A DNA stretch of 64,000 nt from Octopus sinensis (Eukaryota): positions 19,530,001 through 19,594,000 of the forward strand of contig NC_043000.1 of the NCBI RefSeq assembly GCF_006345805.1, given 5' to 3'. Made by a program: the position numbers and the translations under genes. Below, in pieces: positions 26,433 to 39,110 of this stretch (within the stretch, counting starts at the first letter, position 1; every line of letters starts with the position of its first letter). The notes under the pieces were generated by a model, which was not told the DNA's origin, did no database searches, and saw only the letters and a program-made list of their open reading frames with translations.

Positions 26433-26827
26433 CTAGCAGTATCGCCCGGCGTTGCTCGGGTTTGTAAGGGAAATAACTATAAAGCATTTTTAGAGAGTTA
26501 TAGCCAAAAAACAGCAAAAAATGCATTAAAAATGGAAAAAAAATTATGGTAAATTTTTTTTAAATCGTTGACTCATCCTAGACATTTTTAGAGAGTTACT
26601 TCCCTTTATTTAAAAAATATGCTTTAAAATGGAAAACAATTATGTTAAATTATTTTTAAAATCGTAGACTCATCGTAGACGCGCGCTAATACCCAGAAGG
26701 GCTCGATATGAATCACGACTATAAGATACCCGGTTTTGGTTAAACTGCACCGCAAAATGTGGGAGTAGTTAGGAATCTAAATCGTAGGAGACAGACACTC
26801 ACACAACTTCACTTTTATATATATAGA
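26433..26827 (-). mobile_element. Non-autonomous Helitron, 395 bp
   Basis: Minus strand: A|TCtatatatataaaag ... cccgagcaacgccggg hairpin, cgatactgCTAG|T; A-T insertion site, no TSD. Confidence 0.9.
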
Positions 26828-27112
26828 TATCAACCTTGTAATGTCAAGTCTATAATGTCAAATACAATTCATAAGACATAAAATTATACTTCAGAATAAA
26901 AATGTCTGTATTTAAATATGAAATATAACAAGAAAAATTCAAATACATATCTTCCTTTTTTGCTATATCTTCTGGAGGAGCTACCTCAATCCTTTCTATA
27001 TTAACCAAAATGAAGTAGATTGATAAAGTTACTTTTTGAACAGTTGAAGACACACAAGATGTCGAAATATCGTTCACTAGATAACAATGGCACTCTTCTT
27101 TTAATTTTGACT

Positions 27113-27144
<32 letters not shown>

Positions 27145-27145
<1 letters not shown>

Positions 27146-28073
27146 CTCTGCACGGCAAATATGTGACCCGCAGCAAACAAGCTGATGTTGACCAGAAGCA
27201 AACCCATCAGTGGCTACGGAGCTCAGGGCTAAAAGCAGAGAGCGAAGGTTTCATCCTGGCTGCTCAAGATCAAAGCCTATTAACCCGGAACTACCAGGCC
27301 AATGTGATGAAAAATGGAGCAGACCCAAAATGCCGATTCTGCAACGACATGATTGAAACAGTGGACCACCTAATCTCTGGATGTAAAGTCTTAGCACCAG
27401 TGGAGTATAAATTAAGACATGACAGAGTTGGCCAATATCTCCACTGGCTAATAAGTCGGCATTACAATATCAAAACTGCCGACAAGTGGTATAATCACCA
27501 CCCTGAGGCTGTAACTGAAGGAGAAAATGTAACCATTCTGTGGGACTTTCCAGTACATACAGACCGAACCATCAAGGCCAATAAACCAGATATTGTTGTG
27601 AAAGACCAAAACATAAAGTTTGCTTATTGATCGACATGAGCATCCCCTGTGATCATAATAACTCGGCGAAAGAGTTTGACAAGCTCAGAAAATATAAAGA
27701 CCTACTCATTGAAATTGAGAAAATGTGGCATCTCAAGGCGGTTACAATACCAGTGATCGTAGGAGCACTAGGAATGATCAAGAAGGAAACCGAAAATTAT
27801 ATGAGAATGATCCCTGGCTTACCATCCCTGCAAGAAGTGCAAAAGATTGTCTTAACTGGTACATCACACGTATTGAGAAGAGCATTGTCGATGTGAGAAC
27901 TGTTGCTGCTCATGTATTTTAATTTAACTTAAAAAAAAAATAAATAAAAAAATGAACGAACTACTGAGTTTGGTTTAATGGCCTACCAATATATACTATG
28001 AGTTTCTTTGCCCTAGGTGTCGGGAAGACACTCGGCAAGAAATGGAAGCAAATTTGAAAGAAGAAAAAAAAAG
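27145..28073 (+). mobile_element. 5'-truncated R4/Dong-clade non-LTR retrotransposon (CCHC knuckle plus restriction-like endonuclease)
   Basis: PLHGKY; CRFC...ETVDHLISGC; RHD; KPDIV; (frameshift ~27615) IDMSIP...DKLRKYKDL; stop 27896; A-rich tail; (TAA)n on both sides. Confidence 0.88.
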
Positions 28074-28083
28074 TAATAATAAT

Positions 28084-28118
<35 letters not shown>

Positions 28119-28138
28119 TAATAATAATAATGATGATG

Positions 28139-28190
<52 letters not shown>

Positions 28191-28317
28191 TAATAATAAT
28201 GATAATAATGATGATAATAATGATAATAATAATAATAATAATAATAACAACAACAACAACAGCAACAAGATCAAAAAATACCATAGGAATGAGAACCCAG
28301 GTTCGAAATTTCCTCAA

Positions 28318-28363
28318 GACACTTGATGAAGGCTGGAGGGTATATCAGCCGAAACGTTGTGTT
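28318..28363 (+). ncRNA. Minimal hammerhead ribozyme motif
   Basis: gacac-TTGATGAA-ggctg gagggtatat cagcc-GAAAC-GTT^gtgtt; stem III is the palindrome AACGTT. Confidence 0.65.
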
Positions 28364-28422
28364 AACAACAAACAAGATGAGGACAAATATCCGTCGAATG
28401 TAAATAACGTAAATAATGTATG

Positions 28423-28453
<31 letters not shown>

Positions 28454-29228
28454 TATATATATATATATATATTATATCATGTATATATATATTATGTATA
28501 CACACACACTGCGGGCTTCCACGCAGTTTCCTTCTACCAAATTCACTTTTAAGGCTTTAATCAACCTGTGGCTATAGTAGAGGATACTTGTTAAAGCTTC
28601 CACGCTGTGGAGCTAAACTCAAAGTCACGTGGTTCCAGAGGGCCAGATTCTTGGCCAAACAGCCATGCCTGCTCCTAATTTGATAAAAGAAAAAATCCAT
28701 AGGAAATTATAAATGCAAAATATAAAATTGGCAGAATTTCTGTGGATGCTTCACTGGAAATTTCATTTTTGCTTTAGTATCATCAGTAAGTATTTATTAA
28801 GGACACAAGTCATGGTAAAACTATACACTTAGCGTAAGAAATAATTGGCTGCCAAATAACTGGCTCCTAAATAAATCTACTTCAATATCCTAGAATAATT
28901 TGCGTAAACCTATGCAGTTACTTTTAGGGGAGAGAACTCAAGATATTTGAGCAAGTTAGTAATGTATTTAATTATTCCCCTTGAAAGAGTTAGTCCCCTT
29001 GTGTTCCATTCGTTAATAGGCAGAAGTATGATATTTTAAGGTGACTGAATTTTCTTTCTTTTTTCTTCCGATTTTTTTTACATTTTGCAACAAAGTGGAT
29101 TTTGCACCGCGCATGGCAGTTTTCCACGTTTTTTTTTTGTCATGGCCTACCGTAACGGTTCGACACAAGTGAAGGAATTATTCGCTAGCCGCTTACCTGA
29201 CCAGAATAGTCAGAATAGCTATTATTTT

Positions 29229-29307
29229 TTGAACCAGTTGAAGACACACAAGATGTCGAAATATCGTTCACTAGAAAACAATGGCACTCTTCTTTTAATT
29301 TTGACTT

Positions 29308-29358
<51 letters not shown>

Positions 29359-29395
29359 GTAATAATAATAATAATGATGATGATGATGATGGTGG

Positions 29396-29444
<49 letters not shown>

Positions 29445-29585
29445 TGATGATGATGATGATGATGATGATAAGGAGGAGGAGGAGGAGGATAACAACAACA
29501 ACAACAAGATCGAAAAATACCTTAGGAATGAGAACCCAGGGTCGAAATTTTCATCAAGATACTTGAAGGCTGGAGGGTATATCTT
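29229..29585 (+). mobile_element. Second copy of the TAA-containing pLTR repeat (no R4/Dong insert; hammerhead partly deleted)
   Basis: Same left and right arms as 27033-28420. Confidence 0.7.
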
Positions 29586-29901
29586 TGCTAAAGACAACCA
29601 AGGACCAGAAGGTGGTGTTAAACCGAGTGATGGATTAAGTCCACCGGGTAGGATTTATTTTAAAGATCTCAAACGTGAAAACAAAAGATGACCCGAGTGA
29701 GGTCTAAATTCAGAATGTAGAGGAAATAAGCTTCTGCATTTTACTGTTTCTGCCATTCCGCCAAGTCTTTACAAATCAGCGAAGAGGCTTTCTGAGTAGT
29801 CGCTCATCCTTCTAAAAATAGCAGTCAAAACTACCTTAAACCATAACCTATTGTCAGAATAAATATATCTATATATTTATATCTATCTTTCCCTCCCCCT
29901 T

Positions 29902-29971
<70 letters not shown>

Positions 29972-29982
29972 CATATATAATA

Positions 29983-30215
29983 AGGCGGCGAGCTGGCAGA
30001 AACGTTAGCACGCCGGGCGAAATGCGTAGCCGTATTTCGTCTGCCGTTAAGAGTTCTGGGTTCAAATTCCGCCGAGGTCGACTTTGCCTTTCATCCTTTC
30101 GGGGTCGATAAATTAAGTACCAGTTACGCACTGGGGTCGATGTAATCGACTTACTCCCTTTGTCTGTCCTTGTTTGTACCCTCTATGTTTAGCCCCTTGT
30201 GGGTAGTAAAGAAAT
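29983..30215 (+). mobile_element. SINE family B (tRNA head plus CORE-like gcctttcatcctttcggggtcgataaat)
   Basis: ggcggcgagctggcagaa head, ggttcaaattcc B box. Confidence 0.85.
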
Positions 30216-30231
30216 ATATATATACATATAT

Positions 30232-30238
30232 GGCTGGT

Positions 30239-30275
<37 letters not shown>

Positions 30276-30310
30276 AGTTTGCTTGTTGGTTGGTTGGTTG
30301 GTTGGTTGGT

Positions 30311-30350
<40 letters not shown>
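30232..30350. repeat. (GGCT)n/(GGTT)n microsatellite
   Basis: Direct reading. Confidence 0.9.
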
Positions 30351-30847
30351 CAACTGTTTTCTTCCTTTCGTTGATGAGACTTCAGTTATTTCATCAACTG
30401 AATATTCTGGTCATCGAATTAGCCTACAAATGGCTGGTCATTCCAAAATCACAAGTACTCTCCACACGGTTCTCAGCAGAAAGAGTGATTATTAACAGTA
30501 ATTAACAGTAATTACTAACGGTAATTACTAACACAATCCACACAACGGTCTTTTACTCAGTTTTGCCAGCAAAATTCACTCACAAGGTGACATCCCAAAT
30601 GAATAGAAATTAATATTTACTCCAGATGTTCCACAATGGGATCGAACTAGGAACGTCGTAGTTGTGATGTAAGCTTCTTAACCATTCAATGCCCCTGCGC
30701 CTAAAGTAAACCTGGTCCTTCAAGACGCACATACAAACCAATCCATAAAAATATGGAACCTATATTTCTGATGATCATTAAAGTACGGCTTTCTCATTGG
30801 GGCTTGTATAGAAGAATACCTATAACACTATTTGGATATGCTATACT

Positions 30848-31372
<525 letters not shown>

Positions 31373-31630
31373 CTCCACTGTATCCCTTTAAATCTATCTA
31401 ACCCAGCACATTCAATTCTGAGCAACAACCGCACCGAAGCAGTACAGAAAGTTTTGTAAATAACTGCCTCTCTGCATATCTAAGCCTACTCCCTTGCATA
31501 GCATTTATTGACTTAGGTTTGAGGACAAGGTTTAATGAGTACGGCTGACTTCGACAGGGGCTTTTATAATGTCAGGAAGGGAATTTCAGAGAATTCAACT
31601 TCTGAAAAACAGAAAGAAGGAACAAAGTTC

Positions 31631-31685
<55 letters not shown>

Positions 31686-33685
31686 CAAATGTATGCCGGT
31701 TTGAAGAAGGCCCTCGGTCCATCCGCAACCAAGTCAGCCCCTCTGAAATCAGCTTCTGGAGATCTCATCAGGGATCAAAGCAAGCAAATGGATAGATGGG
31801 TGGAGCACTACCAGGATCTCTACTCACGAGAGACTACAGTAGCTGAGGCTGCAATCGAGAGTGTCAAGATCTTACCAGTCATGTGCGAACTTGACAGTCC
31901 GCCATCTATAGCAGAGCTCACCAAGGCTATTGACTCCCTAGCAAGTAACAAGGCTCCGGGAAATGACGGCATCCCCTCAGAGATCATCAAAGCCGGCAAA
32001 GACACCATCCTGCTTCGGCACCTTCATGAGCTTCTGTGTCAGTGCTGGGAGGAGGGTACAGTCCCTCAGGATATGTGGGATGCTAACATCATTACGCTTT
32101 ACAAAAACAAAGGTGACCGTGGTGATTGTAACAATTACCGTGGAATATCTCTTCTAAGCACTGTTGGAAAGACCTTTGCTCGTGTTATCCTGGCCAGGCT
32201 ACAACTACTTGCTTCTCGAATCTATCCGGAATCGCAGTGTGGCTTTAGAAGAAGCAGATCAACTATTGATATGATATTCTCCATACGCCAACTTCAGAAG
32301 TCCAGAGAGCAGAAAATGCCATTATATATGGCCTTCATTGACTCGGTAAGTAGAAAAGGCCTCTTCATCCTGCTCCAAAAAATCGGATGTCCACCAAAGC
32401 TGCTGAGGATCATCAAGTCTTTCCATGATGATATGCAAGGCACCATACAGCACAATGGTTCAACATCAGCCGCCTTCCAAATAAAAAACGGGGTAAAGCA
32501 AGGTTGTGTCCTTGCTCCTACATTATTTGGCATCTTCTTCTCGCTCTTGCTCTCACATGCCTTTCAGACATCAGATGATGGTGTGTTTCTGCACAGTAGA
32601 AGTGACGAGAAACTGTTCAATCTCTCGCGCCTGCGTGCCAAGACCAAAATCAGAAACGTCCTGATCAAGGAGATGCTATTTGCTGATGATGCTGCTCTGG
32701 TATCACACACAGAAGAAGCCCTCCAAAGGCTCATTAACTGTTTTGAGCAAGCATGTAACGACTTTGGCTTAGCTATCAGCCTTAAGAAGACCAACATCAT
32801 GGGTCAGGCTACATCGGACATCCCAAACGTACATATTGGAGACCACAGATTACAGGAGGTGGAGAAGTTTACCTATCTTGGCTCTACCGTCACCTACAAC
32901 CTATCCCTTGACGCTGAGCTCAATATACACATTGGCAAGGCAGCTGCAGCGATGGCCCAACTCTCCAAACGGGCATGACACAACAATAAGCTGACCAAGA
33001 CCACAAAAATGAAGATCTACCAGGCATGTGTACTTAGCACTCTACTGTATGGAAGTGAGACTTGGACGCTATACACACGCCAAGAGCGTCGCCTAAACAT
33101 CTTTCACCTGCGCTGCCTCCGGAAAATCCTCAGCATCAAATGGCAGAATCATATCCCCAACAAAGATGTCCTCAAGCAAGCAGGAATACCAAGCATGTTT
33201 ACACTCCTCACACAAAGACGTATGAGATGGCTTGGGCATGTTAGCCGTATGAAAGATGGCAGAATCCCCAAGGACATACTCTACGGAGAGCTTGCTAGGT
33301 CTGTGGGTAGACCGTTCTTACGTTACAAGGATGTTTGCAAAAGGGATATGAAGGCCTGCAACATCAATATTAGTGGTTGGGAAGCAATTGCCAGCAACCG
33401 TGGAGATTGGCGACGTACCGTAAAAGAGGGAATACAAAGGAGTGACAGAGAGAGAGAGGAGAAATGGAAAGACAAGAAAAGACGGCAACAAGAAACTATG
33501 ACATTACAACCAGCCAGGAACAGTCTTCGCTACATTTGCGGTACCTGCCAGAGGGAGTGTTTGTCCAGGATAGGACTACACAGCCACAGCAGGAAGTGTA
33601 TCAGGACATGAAATGTAGAAGCCGGACTGGACTATTTTATGCGCAACTCCATTGTCTCCCGAGACAAAAAGGATGCCAACCAACC
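31686..33685 (+). mobile_element. 5'-truncated RTE-clade LINE (RT plus C-terminal C2H2), premature stop at 32976-32978
   Basis: KAPGNDG, NYRGISLLS, PESQCGFR, LFADD, LLYGSETW, CGTCQRECLSRIGLHSH; ORFs 31689..32978 and 33009..33611 are in the same frame; (GTA)n on both sides. Confidence 0.95.
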
Positions 33686-33722
<37 letters not shown>

Positions 33723-34499
33723 ACAGTAGTAGTAGTAGCAGTAGCAGCAGCAGTAGTAGTAGCAGTAGTAGTAGTTGTAGCAGTAGCAGTAGTAGTTGTA
33801 GTAGTAGTAGTAGTAGTAGTAGTGTACATATATATGTGTATTATGTGTGTGCATATATATGTATAGCCGCAGGAGTGGCTGTAGAGGAAGCAGCAGCAGT
33901 AGTTGTTGCTTCTGTTGTCGCTTATGCCCAGATGATCGAACCAATGATCACTGGCGTTCCAGCCGTGACTGCTGCGTCAATTTATAAATGCGAGAGGTGT
34001 TACGTCGGTCATATATAGACTTCTTTATTGAAGACTGTATCGTATGATCTAAAGTTATATGGCAGGTAGTTCAAACTCGTGCAAATATACACACGTCTAA
34101 ATATATTTTTTGTTTTTTTCTTTTAGAATCAGTACTTAATCACAGCATTGAAAATGTATTAATTAATTCGAAAGGTAATCAAACCGGAAAAGTTCAGGAG
34201 AAATTTGAAACTTGTACGTGCCAGTGATCTTAAGCTAAATATAATCGAGGATTACGAGGAAAAAGCGTGAATACATTATTGATAACCCTTTTGATATCGC
34301 AGCTAGCGTCGAAGTAAATCTAAGGGAAGCTATCAAGAGTTAGCTTTCAGATAAGGGAGATAATCATTGATAAGGGAGGTAATCATTTCAATTCAACTAA
34401 TAATCTGCTTCATGAAGTGCTGTTGCCATGTTGTGATGTACTTTCTTAGATATCAAAATATAACCTTTCCTACTCTAGAAACAAGGCCCGAAATTTTTT

Positions 34500-34710
34500 T
34501 GGCGGGAGAGAGCCAGTCGATTAGATCTATCCCAGTACGCAACTGGTACTTAATTTATCGACCCCGAAAGGATGAAGGGCAAAGTCGACCTCGGCGCTGG
34601 CAGAATCGTTAGCACGCTGGGCGAAATGCTTAGCGGTATTTCGTCTGTCGTTACGTTCTGAGTTCAAATTCCGCCGAGGTCAACTTTGCCTTTCATCCTT
34701 TCGGAAGCTC
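34500..34710. mobile_element. SINE family B fragments in opposing orientations
   Basis: Minus-strand body joined at ctcggcgctggcagaa to a plus-strand head. Confidence 0.7.
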
Positions 34711-34979
34711 TCCAGTATGGCCAAAGCTGGTCAGTCTGACCGAGTTCATTAGTCGGGCCGAAGTTCACTTTCTTACGTTTATGCATTTGTTTGCCAAGAT
34801 TCTTGATGTGAAATTGAGTGTTGAAACATATTATTATATTTCGGGATAGTCATTTTGTTTTTGTGTTGTTTTTGTTTTTTTCTTTTATTATCAGATACAA
34901 ACACGAACTATATATTCGTTTTTCATTTCAGCTTTATTATTGTTATTATTTAAGAGTTCTTCATCAAATCTTTCGTTTC

Positions 34980-35001
34980 ATACATACATACATACATACA
35001 T

Positions 35002-35032
<31 letters not shown>

Positions 35033-35240
35033 TACATACATACATACATACATACACACACACATACATACATACATACATACATACATACATACATACA
35101 TACATACATACATACATACATACATACATACATACACACATACACACACACACATACGCACATACGCACATACATACATACATACATACATACATACATA
35201 CATACATACATACATACATACATACATACATACATACATG
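34980..35240. repeat. (TACA)n microsatellite
   Basis: Explains the HTYI / MYVC ORFs. Confidence 0.95.
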
Positions 35241-35649
35241 TAATGTTTCAAATAGCAAATATTACGTAATTTTTCACTTGGAAATTTGGCGTGAACAAAA
35301 CCCACCGAACAGTTTTACTGTTGTCAAACCTGGATTTTTTGACAGTAAATCTTTCTACCTTCTCAACCAGTTGACAGGCCGCTGGTATTTATATAGTGTT
35401 AAACACTTTCTGTATGACAATTAGGGATTCCTTCATAGAGTAACTGCTGCATTCGTTGAGTATATAAACAGTTTGGCTCCTTGTTTCTCTGGAAACTGTC
35501 AGAATGAATGTGGACGACTCTGATGAGAATCTAAGGTCCGAAGGTTGTTCGTCATTTTTTTCAGCCTGCGAAGAAATGGCTAAAATTTCCCCTGTTTATA
35601 ATTATACCATATGTTACGCATGTGTGTATATAATTATATATATATATAC

Positions 35650-35840
35650 ACGAGAGTGTGCTGAAAGCTTCTTTGAGTAAAATAAAACGCAGGAGGATCA
35701 GTTAATTATGATTTTATTCGATATATCCCCCTCTAAGATTCATACACTTATTGCAGCGATCCTTCAGATTTTCTAAGCTCTGTAAAAGAACTCGAAAGGT
35801 TGGGCCTCCAAGCAGGCCTTTCGCGACACCCTTAAAGCCA
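35650..35840 (-). mobile_element. Mariner deletion derivative (MITE)
   Basis: Imperfect TIRs gagagtgtgctgaaagct / agctttgcagcactctc; minus strand retains a mariner C-terminus-like LKDRCNKCMNLRGGYIE*. Confidence 0.7.
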
Positions 35841-36459
35841 GGAGCTTTGCAGCACTCTCTGTGTGTGTGTGTATATATATCCGATTGGATACTTTTAGTT
35901 TTTGTCTACCAAATTTCCTCACAAGATCTTGATTGGCCCGAGGCTATAGCAGAAGACACTTATCCAAGTTGCCACGTAGTGGAACTGAACTCGAAACCAT
36001 GTGGTTGAGAAGCACATGGCCATGCCTTTACATCTACGTGTATTCAGCCATCGAATGTCAACTAGCTTAATAATTAACTCACAACAGCAGTGGTTTACAA
36101 GTTGAAAGAACCAAGTCCCACCATCACCACCAAATATTGGTTTCAAAGTTTGGCACAAGGCCAGCAATTAAGGAGAAGGGTTTAAGTAGATTACATCGAC
36201 TCCAGTCCTCGACTGTTACTTATTTTATCGACCCGAAAGGATAAAAGGCAAAGTCGACCACAGAACGTAAAGACGGACGAAACGCCGCTAAGCATTATGC
36301 CCGGAATGCTTAATGATTCTGGCAGCTCATCACCTTAATCATTACGAAATATTATTCGGAATATTTTAGGCCTTTTATTTCTTTAGTAGTGAGAGAACAA
36401 ATTAATTCACTTTTCTTTGCTATAGTGAAGGAAAAGTTCAAATGTTTAGAAGTTTCAAT

Positions 36460-36840
36460 CCTTTCTCTATGTATGGCGACTTTCCCGCCTGTTCTTCCAA
36501 AGTTCATCCCCTCCTCACCGTGGTGGGGACGCTGGCAATGGGTAGTGTCAGAGCTATGCTGTCGGGAACTTCGGTTCCTGGTAGGGCCACCCAAGGCGGA
36601 TTGGTCTGACACCGAGTGATATTAGGGCCACAACCTCGGAGTGTCTGCTTCGGCAAACGGCGGCTCCTCAGTCGTTCTGTCCCTGCGTCTGTGGACAATC
36701 TGCGGCAAAAGGATGTCTCCACATGCGGAATTGTTGGGGACCGCTTGTAAAAATCCACGTATTCCCACGAAACTTCTTCCATGAGTAGAAGAAGCCTACT
36801 CAACCCGCCCAGGGTGAATGTCGCCACAAGTACAAGTAAG
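36460..36840 (-). mobile_element. Probable RTE-type LINE 5' region fragment
   Basis: GC-rich; ggtggccctaccagg...cccgacagcatagctct...ccaccacggtgagg resembles recalled RTE 5' UTR motifs. Confidence 0.4.
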
Positions 36841-37608
36841 TAAGTACTCTTCTTCCATCCTAAGAGCTTTCCACAAAGAAATCATGTGCTTCTTATGCCC
36901 CACCGCCTATGCAGAACAGTGCTATACAAAACCATACCATATTATGATACTTGTATTAGATTGGTAAACTAGACTATTGTCAGTTAGATATCTTGTCAGA
37001 AATTGTCTGGAAGCCCGTCGTGTATGTATGTATGTATGTATGTATGTATGTATGTATGTATGTATATAAAGTGTATGTATATAAAGTGTATGTGAATGCA
37101 TGTGTGAGTTCATGTCTTCGTGTTTATCTCCTATCAATGCTTGGCAATCTTTGTTGGGTTGCTTGCGTCCCCATGAATTAGCAGATTAAAAGAAAAAGCA
37201 GGTCTGGTAATGATTTGATAGACTTAAACCCTTCAAGGCGGTGCTCCAGCATGGTCGTAGACCAATGACTAAAACAAGAAGAAGACTAGTAATATCGCAG
37301 TGAAATGTCCCATACCGTAGTACGTACTTGAAAGTTACGTGGGCAAGGCTATTGCGAATTGTCTTATCCACGGAGACAGACCACTTCCAGTGACAGCTTG
37401 AACCACTGAACTTTCAACAGTTTATCTGGGATCTTATCCGCTCAGACATCTATTCCACCAATCACTTGAACAAACAACACTACAAAACAGTATTTATGCA
37501 AATTTATGCATTATCATATCCTTCTCTGGTTCTTGTGACAGCAGGAAATTTGAAATAAATTCGAGACTCCCATTACCCAGATAGATACCATCGATAGTAT
37601 ATATATAT

Positions 37609-37662
<54 letters not shown>

Positions 37663-37670
<8 letters not shown>

Positions 37671-38218
37671 AAATCCGTTCTGTGTGTCTGTCTGTGTGTC
37701 TTCTAGGATCTCGGCTATCCGCCATCCGATTGCGATCAAATTTGATATGTAGATACCGACAGTATCAGGGCGTGTATAAGTCTTGAAAAAATTACAAAAA
37801 TCGATTCCAGGTGAGAATACGATCGATAAAGCCGCTTTTGTCCTGCTTTTCTTCCGTCAACCTGTACATAACTGCATCTTCCATTTTTGGTTGTTTTTGT
37901 ACTGCTTAAAAGCATGTTTCTTTCCTGCCAAGCTTACTATTTAAACCATGTTTGTGTTCTCCTAGGCAACAGCCTTATCTTTACTGGTACTTTAAGCTCT
38001 TCCGTTGCATATTTGCAACCGTGAATAAAATCGTTTTTCTTTGGAATAGAAAAAAAGCCTATCTTTATTTCTTCTTTTGCTGGTGTCTCAAATTTAGGTT
38101 AAATCAGTGTTTCTCAAAGGGGAGGCCTATAGGACGGTCGGACAAGTTGTTTTGAGAAAATTTGGTTTAAATGTTTGACAACCCAGCACCGTCCATTGGA
38201 CGGGGGGCGTTTTGCTCG
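37663..38218 (+). mobile_element. Non-autonomous Helitron
   Basis: tatatataaaatccgttctgtg 5' end with ccgattgcgatcaaattt; 3' hairpin ccgtcc-att-ggacgg (38189-38203) followed by CTCG|T. Confidence 0.7.
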
Positions 38219-38662
38219 TATATATATAAAACAGAAAATGTTTCTATCTGCTTGTCTGTATGTATGTGTGCATCACTAAAACTCGAGAACTACCAAACCA
38301 ATTTCATTCAAATTTTACACATGCCTTATTTAGGGTCGGTGCAGTGTCATAGGCCAAACAATTTTCAACTTCTTGCCTAATGCGAGCTCGGAGCAATCTC
38401 TTATCTCTTACACTATTTCAGTATTACGAAGTGAAACAATAACATCTCTATTGTAATGTTGCTGTTTTTAAGTCCCTGAAACTTAGCTGTTTAGCAAAAC
38501 ACACCGATACTAGGCTCACAAAGAATAAATCCTGCGGTCGAATTTTTTGACAAAAGGTTGTGCTCCAGCATGGCCGCAGTCACATGACTAAAAGAAGTAA
38601 ACAAGTAAAACAAAAAAAAATTATTCCATTTTAATCCTGAGCACCGCTGGGCATCTCTGCTA

Positions 38663-38663
<1 letters not shown>
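38219..38663 (+). mobile_element. Non-autonomous Helitron carrying a SINE A fragment
   Basis: tatatataaaacagaaaatg 5' end; 3' cctgagcaccgctggg hairpin plus catctctgCTAG|T. Confidence 0.75.
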
Positions 38664-38694
<31 letters not shown>

Positions 38695-38698
<4 letters not shown>

Positions 38699-38940
38699 TT
38701 TATGATTAGGGTTCAGCAAAGATTTGCTTTACCACATACCGAAGTTTAGAAATAGTAGCCAAAAAACCTTAGTTATTTCTTCTACTTTAAAAAGGGACTG
38801 CGTGGATTGTTTTCAAGTATTTTGATTTTTCTGGGAGTCCTTTTTAAAGTAGAAAAAAATAGCTAAGGTTTTTTGGCTGCTATTTCTAAAATTCGGTATG
38901 TGGTAAAGCAAATCTTTGCTGAACCCTAATTATAAAGTAT
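38695..38940. repeat. Long inverted repeat (arms of about 105 bp, 36-bp spacer)
   Basis: 38695-38799 vs 38836-38940; related sequence at ~42960-43130 and ~61060-61145. Confidence 0.9.
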
Positions 38941-39034
38941 TACTTAAATTTACCGTGAAATGGTATTTTTTCATGCCGAATTCTACTTGGTGAAATTATT
39001 GATTACTTCTTAATTAATTAATTTTACCCTTTGT

Positions 39035-39110
<76 letters not shown>

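Larger units (their letters stand above)
27033..28420 (+). mobile_element. Penelope-like pLTR repeat with an internal (TAA/GAT)n tract, split by the R4/Dong insertion
   Basis: Left arm 27033-27144 and right arm 28074-28420 are collinear with the uninterrupted copy at 29229-29585. Confidence 0.65.

Noticed and set aside
27040-27082. Additional hammerhead ttgaaga-cacacaagatgtc-gaaatatc (also ~29238)
   Set aside because: Stem I is out of register with the core and stem II overlaps the core; cannot be supported without a consensus.
35505-35560. CTGATGA...GAAG as a hammerhead, and the ATG ORF after a TATA-like motif at ~35460
   Set aside because: GAAG not GAAA and stem II does not pair; the ORF runs into (TA)n with no recognisable product.
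36790-36845. Minus-strand CGDIHPG as a 2A/StopGo peptide
   Set aside because: Lacks the D(V/I)ExNPGP consensus.
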